From assembly GCA_964016885.1 (NCBI GenBank), contig OZ024741.1:152520001-152584000 (forward strand): a stretch of DNA of 64,000 bases. Reading direction: 5' to 3'. Shown piece by piece: positions 54,651 through 64,000 of the stretch. The notes beneath the pieces were generated by a model. That model was not told the DNA's origin. It saw only the letters and a program-made list of their open reading frames with translations, and ran no database searches. Every line of letters starts with the position of its first letter. Within the stretch, counting starts at the first letter, position 1. The stretch comes from Eledone cirrhosa. Its lineage: Eukaryota. The position numbers and the translations under genes are program-made.

Positions 54651-55212
54651 TTTGGTTATAAGTACATAACTTATGTAATCAGTAACGTAATCCATGATAC
54701 ATTAAAAAAAGACGATATTATATATAAACTGCATTAGGAGGAAATTAGTGACAGATAATTAATGTTTATTTAAGTGATCGCCACCGGAAGTGTTGGCCGG
54801 AAGTAATTTTAAATTATTTATTTTTATGAAATTATTTTTGTTTACGAAATTTAGTAGATAAATTATGTAATATTCATTCATTATTTATTCAAAGTAGTCC
54901 AACTTATTTTACTAACGGGGTAAAACTATAAACCGTACGCAGTCCCGCAGACCTTCCTTTATTATAGTTTAGGTTTGGAATAGAAAGATAAACGGACGCT
55001 AATTTGTTGTATTCTTTGACGATCCCATTGGCCTGTAATTGATCCATCTTCCTCCTCCTCATCATCATCTCCATCATGATCATGATCATCATAATCATCA
55101 TTACCATTAACATCCTAGCCCTCCTCCTCATAATCCGTCTCATCATCACCATCATTATCCTCATCATCATATTCATCAGCATCTTCATCAACATCATCGG
55201 CATTATTATCAT

Positions 55213-55840
55213 GATAATAATTGTTTCTTATATAGGCACAAGACCAGCAATTTTGGGGGAGGGGAAAGTCGATTAAATCGACCCCAGTGCGTGACTGGTA
55301 CTTTATTTTATCGACCCCGTATGGATGAAAGGCAAAGTTAACCTCGGCGGGATTTGAACCCAGAATGTAAAGGGACGTAACTCTATGATGGAAAGCATAT
55401 CCGACTCTACCGATACTGCCAATGATAAAAATTGTTTCTACTTTTTGGTACAAGGCCAGTTACTGGTACTTTATTTTATCGACCCCGCAAGGATGAAAGG
55501 CCGAGGTTAACTTTCCTTTCATCCTTACGGGGTCAATAAAATAAAGTACCAGTCACGCACTAGGGTCGTTTTAATCGACTTTCCCCTCCCCTCATATTGC
55601 TGGCCTTGTGCCTATATAAGAAACAATTATTATCATCATCAGCATAGGGCGGTGGATTGGCAGTATCGGTAGAGGATCGGACGCCATGCTTTGCAGCATA
55701 GAGTTACGGCCCGTTATGGTCCGAGTTCAAATCCGGCCGAGGTTAACTTTGCCTTTCATCCTTACGGGGTCGATAAAATAAAGTACCAGTAATACACTGG
55801 GTATTTGCTGGCCGTGTGCCTAAAGTAGAAACAATTATCA
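55213..55840. mobile_element. Cluster of four SINE family A copies in opposing orientation
   Basis: Minus copies 55213-55422 and 55428-55505. Plus copies 55505-55632 and 55647-55840. Confidence 0.88.
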
Positions 55841-55864
55841 TCACCAGCAGCATCCATATCATTT

Positions 55865-56345
55865 TGCTATTCCATTCATGTATATCAACATCACAACTTA
55901 CAATTAAGGACAAAATGAAAACACACACACATAGAACAAACAACCAACCAGTAACGTGTAAATAAACAAATATAAACACACACAGACACCCGGATGTAAC
56001 ACATGCGCAAACTAAGCACACAATACACACAAAAACAAGATGGCGTGGGACAGAACAAAGGAGAGGCACAAAAACAAAGAAAAGAATCCCCAGTCACTGA
56101 AGAGGTCACAGAATGTGTGATGAAAGAACTTTGACAATATATGAACAATCATCTGGTTGTGGAACCAACCAACCAACCGGAAATTTATAAATTCTTAAAT
56201 TTATGAATTTAATTTATAATAAATTGAAGTGAAAGCAACTGGTGCGTGTGTTTCTTATTGGCAACATGACCCTCCCAAAGCATAACAATATCGGTTTCAA
56301 CACACGTTTTCAGATAGAGAATCTTGCTAAACAAATTCAGAAACG

Positions 56346-56348
<3 letters not shown>
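55865..56348 (+). mobile_element. Solo pLTR of the 50706-53358 PLE family, with hammerhead at 56093-56135
   Basis: Colinear with 52940-53358 plus the terminal extension. Ends in (TA)n. Confidence 0.9.
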
Positions 56349-56381
<33 letters not shown>

Positions 56382-56544
56382 GGAAAAAAATGAAACAAAA
56401 TTTCATTTCCCACACTTAGTACGGCTGTTACTTAAATATAAGTATGTACACGTACATACATATATGTATACATACGTACAGTAGTATGTATTTATATATA
56501 CATACATGCACACATATATATATGTACGTATGGATTCACCGAAC

Positions 56545-59500
56545 ATTTATTATAATGCTCGGTGTGTTTGTAAACAAACATCCCGTATTAAGCCGTAGTG
56601 TCTAGCAACCATCGTTGCTCGTTTGTTCAACACGGGGTGTCCGAGCGGGGAGGGCTGAAGGTAGTGTGTGTGTGTAGGTGTACGTGTGTGTGTGTGTGTG
56701 TGTATGTGAAAGCAAGGGTTGGGGGAAGAACGGGGTTGCATGTTCAGGAAGAGGTGTGTGTGGGGTGGGATGTAGGTCGGAGTGTGTGTGCGTGTGTGGA
56801 TAGAGGGGTGGGGGGAGAGGAATCCGGAGACTGAAGGTGTAAATATGTGGTGGAAAGCACGTGTGTGTGGGGTTTAAGCGTGTTGTGGGTGTAGGTGGGA
56901 AAAAAATGTTTTTTTGGGGTGTGTGTGTGTGGGTGAGTTATAAAGGTGATTCCGTAAGAAGATGTTGTTGAAAGGTTGGTAAACTCCTAGGTTGGTAGTT
57001 GATTCCGCGGTCAAGCTCCATATACGAGTAATCCATGGAGAGATGGTCGGAAGAGGAGAGATGTGGGGTGCGCGCGCAACAGGAAGTGGTCAAGGCGGTA
57101 GGAGTGCTGTGTGTCTGTGTGTGCGGGGAGGTGGTCAGAGGGCATAGCAGCAGTCGGGTGGTATGGTAAAGGGGCGAGGATGGGTAGGTGTGAAAGTTGG
57201 AGTGAGGAGGGTGTGTGTGTGTATTAGTAGAGGTGTTAGTGGGTGTTAGTATACGGGAGGTGGAGAAAGGGTTGAATGCAGGTGTGAGTGGGGGTTAGTG
57301 GTGGTAGGGTGTGTAGAGTTGGTGGTGTACGAGGGTGTGTGGGTACGTGTGCGTGGGGTTGGGGGGTGTTAGTGATGTTAGTTGCGTGTGGGGGGGTGGT
57401 GTAAGTGGGTGCGTGTTTTCGTGTGCTTGGGGTCAGGGGGTGTTAGTGATGATAGTTGCGGGGTGGTGGGATGGAGTGTGGGGGTGAGGGTTAGTGGTGG
57501 TAGTAGGGTGTGTGTTTAGTGTGAGCGCGTGTATATATGTGCCGGTGGGTGTGTGCGTGTGATAAGGAGGGGGGAAGAGAAGAAGGTAGGGATGTTAGTA
57601 TGTTAGTTGGGGAAGGGTGGTCGGCTGAGGGGTGGAGTGGAGGTGTTAGTATTGTTAGTTGTGGGGTGGACGGTGAAAAGGAGACGTGTGTTAGTGGTGT
57701 TAGTGGGGGATATGTGTGGGGGGAGGGGGGCGGTCGAAGGCTAAAGGAATAAGGGTGGGGAGTTCAGGCCGGGGGGAGTGTGGGTCTGTAAGATGAAGAT
57801 GGTTCTATGTTCAACTCTGAGGAGATTGGCGGGTGTTCCGTGGCATTGGAGTAGGCCACAGACTGTGAGATGGCGTGCGGAATGTCCAGGGGCACCAAAG
57901 TGGCGGGCGATGGGGGAACTACCACCGAGACGAATATCCCGGAGGTGCTCAGTGAATCGGTCCGCCAGGCGACGTCCCGTCTGTCCGACGTAAGTCGTGC
58001 TGCACTCCGTGCAGCGAAGTCCGTAGACTAGGTTGGAGAAGGTGCAGTGGAAGGCATGCCGGACAGAGAGAGAGTGGCCGTTGGGACCCTGGAAGGTGGT
58101 GGTGTTGGTGATGTGGGGACAGGTGTTGTAGCGGGGCCTAGAACAGGGAAAGGAACCGGGGGGGGGCGTGGGTTGGGGGTAGGGAGCTGTGGACGAGGAG
58201 GGTGCGGAGATTGCGTGCGCGTTTGAAGGAGGGGGGTGGTGGGGTTGGGAAGATGTGGGAGGTGGAGGGGTCGGACTGGAGGCGTCGGAAGAGGCGGCGG
58301 ATGGTGCGGTGGAGGGGTGGTAGGTGATGGGGAAGGGGAGACGGTGGATGGGTGTGCGGTGGCGTGGGTGAGGGTGGTGGAGCGGTGGACAGCACGGGCG
58401 CGGGTGAGAGCGGTGTGGACGAGAGAGGGGGTTAACCTCTGCGGATGAAATGGCTGACTAGGGAAAGGGCCTGGGACTCGAAGTCAGCATCTCGGCTACA
58501 GAGGCGGCGGATCCTGAGGAGTTGGGAGTAGGGAATAGAGTGTTTAGTGTGTGTGGGGTGGGAAGAGGTGAAGTCGAGGTAAGAGTGGGAGTCGGTGGGT
58601 TGGAAGAAGGCGGAGGTTACGAGGGAGTGGTGGGAGGGGTCGAAGGCGACGGAGATGTCTAAGAAGTGGACGTGAGTGGTGGAGATAGAGGTGGTGAAGT
58701 GGAGAGAGGGGTGAAAGGAGCAGAAGAAGGAGAGAAAGGAGTCGAGCTGTTCTCGGGTGAGGGTCGTGGGTCCGATACAGTCGTCGATGTAACGACCGTA
58801 CAATTCGGGCGTGGGGCCGGTGTACTGGGCAAAGATTTGGGCCTCAACATGGCCAACAAAAAGGTTGGCATAGTTCGGGCCCATTCTTGTACCCATGGCT
58901 ATCCCCATGACCTGTTGGTAAAACTCACCCGAGAAGGAGTAACAATTGAGGGTGAGGACCAGCTCGGCGAGGCGAAGGAGGGTGGGTGTGGGGAGAATGG
59001 GGGAGGGGCGAAGGTCGAGGTAGTGTTTGAGGGCGCGTAGGCCGTCGGCGTGGGGGATGACGGTATAGAGGGACTTGATGTCTAGGGTGAAGAGGAAGGG
59101 CTGTGGGCCGGGTGGGTAGGTGAAGGATTAGAAAAGGCGCAGGGCGTGGTTGGTGTCGGAGATGTGGGAGTGGAGGGTGGTGACAAGTGACAAGGGGGGA
59201 GAGGATGGAGTCGAGAAAGGCGGAGATGAGTTCGGTGGGGCAGTTGCAAGCGGAGACGATGGGGCGGCCGCGGTTGTCGTGTTTGTGGAGTTTGGGGATG
59301 AAGTAGATGGTGGGGGTGCGGGGGGTGCGGACGATGAGGTGGGAAGCGGTGGGAGGGAGGAGGGAGGAGGAGACAAGGTGTTGGATGGTGGAGGAAACCT
59401 GTTGTTGGTAGAGGGGTGTGGGATCGGAGGGTAGAGGGCGGTAGAAGAGGGGGTTACAGAGCTGCCTGAGGGCTTCGGCCGTGTAGAGGTCCGCGCACCA

Positions 59501-59668
59501 CACCACCACGGCGCCTCCCTTGTCCGCCGGTTTGATGACGATGTCATCTCGGCTACGGAGGGAGCGGAGAGCGAGGAGTTCGCCCCGTGTGATGTTATTC
59601 CGTTTGGAACGGTGGCGGAAGTCGAAACGATTTACGGCGCTACGGCTGGCATCGACGAACGCGTCCAT
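56545..59668 (-). mobile_element. GC-rich PLE (Neptune-like), frameshifted RT + GIY-YIG and long CA-rich 3' UTR
   Basis: IVIKPADKGGAVVVW, PKLHK...GRPIVSACNCPT, GIAMGTRMGPNYANLF, RYIDD, HFLDI, SIPYSQLLRIRRLCS. GIY-YIG region (NLVYGLRC...YVGQTGRRL) near 57950-58050. Confidence 0.92.
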
Positions 59669-60091
59669 ATATATATATGCACTGTGGCGTGTGTTTTGTT
59701 AATATTGTTATTGTGTTTACATAAACACACACACTTATATATATATATATATATATGCATGTATATACATACACACACACACACACATGCCTACATGTTA
59801 GTTGTGTTTGGGTGTATAGCTGAATGTTTTTTAACAAGGAATAATAAACAATTATGCATTTGAACAATCAGAAACATAAAGCACATGCATACCACTAAAG
59901 AAGTTACAACCTCTTATATTACTCGTTTACCTGTTTCAGCCATCCGGCTGAGGCCATGCTGGGGCACCGCTCTTGGGCGTATATACAAATGAAATATATA
60001 TATATATATACACACACACATATATACATATATATATATATATACACACACACATATATATATATACACACATATATATATATACACACAC

Positions 60092-60174
<83 letters not shown>

Positions 60175-60301
60175 AGTGTGTGTGTGTGTGTGTGAGTGTG
60201 TGTGTGTGTGTCTGAGTGTCCATATATACCTTCCATATACTGTACCGATAATGTTGTTATTTCTGTTTACCTTTTACATCCATATATATGTATGTATATA
60301 G

Positions 60302-60341
<40 letters not shown>

Positions 60342-61018
60342 TTGTATGTATGTGTATGGTGTAAGCATTTACGTAGACATGTAGACATGTATATGGATCT
60401 GTGTGTGTGTATACATAAGTATATATATATATATTTGTATCTTTACCCTTTCTAGCAGTCTCTCTCTCTGTTAGCCTCTTCCTCAACTTTCACTCACTCA
60501 TACCCTGTCACTACCTCTCCTCCACTCCTCTTTCTTCCCGCTTGACCTGTCCGATTCCTTTTCTCGCGCACTCTTGGCCAAGCCGGTATGAATTTTTTTT
60601 CTCTCCCTCTCGTCTGCGTCTTCACAAAACTTATGTTTACCGAATTCGCAGACCAGACCCCTTCTTCTTCTTCCTCCCGTTAGGCCTGTGAGAAATTCCT
60701 TCCTTACTCACATTTCAACCAGGTCCGATGGTCTTTATTCTCTAGTAGTTCACGATTTTATCGAGTTTATATTCATAGAAATCTGGGACTTGTCTCTTTC
60801 CTCTCACTTTCTGTTGCTTAAACCATTTTGTTTGTTCACCCTAACGTTCTCTTTATTTACGTGTCCCAACGACTTTTTTTAGCCGTTGTTCGCACCAACC
60901 TGAGGTATATGGCCCTTAAAGCGATGAAATGCCTGGGACGGTTGGAGGGTCACTGATGAAGGACTCCCCCCCTTTTTTATATGTAACCCATTTGCAACGC
61001 CGCAGCTCCATTATTATC

Positions 61019-61062
<44 letters not shown>

Positions 61063-61134
61063 TAAAGAGTTAAACAAGATTCAACGAGTACATCAAAGAA
61101 TGAGTTTTACATGTATCATTACATGTATCATTAT

Positions 61135-61187
61135 ATTTTGTCTGATGAGGACGTACTGTTGTACCTCCGAAATATGTATAATAAAAT
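61135..61187 (+). ncRNA. Type I hammerhead ribozyme
   Basis: AUUUUGU CUGAUGA GGA-C-GUAC-UGUU-GUAC-C-UCC GAAA UAUGUA UA AUAAAAU. Confidence 0.8.
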
Positions 61188-61227
61188 TTAATTGATCAAA
61201 AGAACATCTATTTTATTAATATTTGTA

Positions 61228-61271
<44 letters not shown>

Positions 61272-61361
61272 TAGTTAAATCTTAGACGGGAACAAAAACT
61301 GAGAGGCAGTACAAATAAGAGTTTATTAGGTACACGCTTTTGAGAGTGGGTGGGGGTGGGG

Positions 61362-61395
61362 AACGACGTTTCGGGCATAAGCCCTTCATCAGGAG
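61362..61395 (-). ncRNA. Minimal hammerhead in a solo pLTR
   Basis: CUC CUGAUGA A GGGC-UUAU-GCCC GAAA CG UC. Stem I is weak. Related to the motif at 22683. Confidence 0.65.
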
Positions 61396-61561
61396 AAAAG
61401 TGGGTAGGAAGAGAGTTCCGAAGGTGGGGGTGAGGGGGGCGGGGCGAAGACATTTAGAAAAAAGTGTGTGTGTGGGGGGGGGGGGGGGGGGGTGACGATT
61501 GAAGAAGTACAAATCTAAATAAAAATAAACAAAAATAAACAACCTCTCTGTAAGAATACGC

Positions 61562-61610
<49 letters not shown>

Positions 61611-61844
61611 AATATATATATATATATACATATATGATGTGTTGGTGTAAATGGTATCATAGTGGTCCGGATAACCAAAGACTCCCATGTACGTCAATAC
61701 TCATCTTTTTCCATTTCTCCGAGGGTTCTTAACCCCACTATCAGGCTAAATAATTTCTTTAATTTCTTTAGTCAAAATACGGGGATAGCTTACATTTCTA
61801 ATAATTTCAAACCAACTCGCTGTTTCGAAAATATCCTTACTTGA

Positions 61845-62385
<541 letters not shown>

Positions 62386-62658
62386 AAGAGGCTGCTGTTC
62401 GGCTGTGAGCCGTATAAACAAAAATATAAACATCAAGAATATAATTACAATATACCTGAGTTGTTACCACTAAGCTTCGCCTGTTGTCGTTGCTACGTTG
62501 CATTGTTGACTATAACAGTATGTGGTCTGTTGGTCACTGGTTCAATTTCTAGTATCTGCACTATTGACTGTGGGGTGATAGACGGATTTACACAGCGAAA
62601 CTGACAAAATTCACTGTATATATTTGTACATATATATTTGTGTGTATATATATATACA

Positions 62659-62693
<35 letters not shown>

Positions 62694-62903
62694 GTGTGTG
62701 TGAGTGTGTGTGTATGTGTAGTAATTGAGTGACGAGAGAGAGAGGAAGAGATAGAGAGAGAGAGAGAGAAAGAGAGTATGAGGGAGAGAGAGTGATGTGG
62801 GTAAATATGGAGGTTGTGTAAGTGTGTGCGCTGGATAGTTTGTTATGTGTGTGTGTGTGTGTGTGTGTATGTGTGTATATACACCCACCTATCTCTATCT
62901 CTA

Positions 62904-62937
<34 letters not shown>

Positions 62938-63910
62938 CCTCACTTTCTCTTTCTTTCACCTCAATAGGGCGAAGGTCTACCTTTTATCAGTGTGTATCCG
63001 CTTATGTAAGTATACATACATACGTATATGCATACATACACATGCATACATATGCATACATACACATACCGCCCCATATATATATATATATATATATATA
63101 TAGCTAGCTACCTAAATATATATATATAGCTAGCTAGCTAGCTATATATATATACATATATATATAGATAGATAGATAGATATGTGTGTATAGGTGTGTG
63201 GTTTAGCGACCAATCAGATTAATGTTGGCGGTACGACCAAATTACGAAGAGCTTTAGAAAACCACATTAGCCCCACCCTAACCTTTACTTCTATCATTTT
63301 TATTGCTTTTCTTTCTGATTTTATTACTTTCTTTTATTCCTTCCTTTCTTTCCTTCTCACTTTTTTATTTATTTATTTATTTTCTGTTTACTTTTTCTAC
63401 TTTCTTTCTTTCACCCCCCCCCCCACACACACATACACACACACACACTCACAAACGAAAACACACAAACATACACACACGCACAAACACACACACACAA
63501 ACGCACTCAAACACAAACACATACACACACACACACATACACATACACAAACACATATACATACACACAAACAAACCCACACACACACACAAATACACAC
63601 AAACACACATACATACACACACAAACACACACACATAAACACTAACACAAACACCCATACTCACACAAACACAGATAAACACACATAAACACAAATACAC
63701 AAACACACATACACACATACACACACAAACACACACACAACCACATACACATGCACACACACATACACTTTCATACACACAAACACATACACACAAACAC
63801 ACACAAACACACACACACACATATTTATATTTATATTGTATTTATTAATAGCTTACAGTACTTCACATCCTTTGATTCTAAGTTTCATGTCCGGTGTCAA
63901 TTCTCAAACC

Positions 63911-64000
63911 GGTGGATTGGTAATATCGGTAGAGGGTCAGACGCCATGCTTTGCAACATAGAGTTACGGCCCTTTATGATATGTGTTCAAATCCCGCCGA
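63911..64000 (+). mobile_element. SINE family A head, cut by the window end
   Basis: ggtggattggtaatatcggtagagggtc...gttcaaatcccgccga. Confidence 0.85.

Noticed and set aside
55047-55215. Met/Ile- or Asp/Glu-rich ORFs
   Set aside because: Degenerate (CAT)n tract.
60951-60975. CTGATGAAGG as a hammerhead
   Set aside because: No stem II closure or downstream GAAA half.

Overview
AT-rich, microsatellite-saturated animal genomic DNA. The tRNA-SINE families and repeat landscape point to a cephalopod (Octopus-like) genome, which is an inference. The only convincing host-gene sequence is one minus-strand exon of an SLC28-like concentrative nucleoside transporter (1619-1980). The rest is mobile DNA: a Buster/Charlie-type hAT with an 8-bp TSD, a Helitron, many SINEs and bipartite RTE derivatives. 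An 11-kb stack of LINEs sits in (TTA)n: R4/Dong-type fragments plus a near-intact Tx1-type element. There are also at least five Penelope-like retroelements (PLEs). The most striking unannotated signal, read by eye, is about 14 type I hammerhead ribozyme motifs with an intact core (CUGANGA...GAAA...UH) from at least 8 unrelated sequence families, plus about 6 degenerate ones. Several lie in RT-less fold-back elements carrying a hammerhead on both strands, inserted in (TA)n. A 35-copy, two-state 18-bp minisatellite inside an ATG-initiated ORF is also notable. Most ORFs in the supplied track are microsatellite artefacts. All folding and homology calls are manual and unverified by computation.
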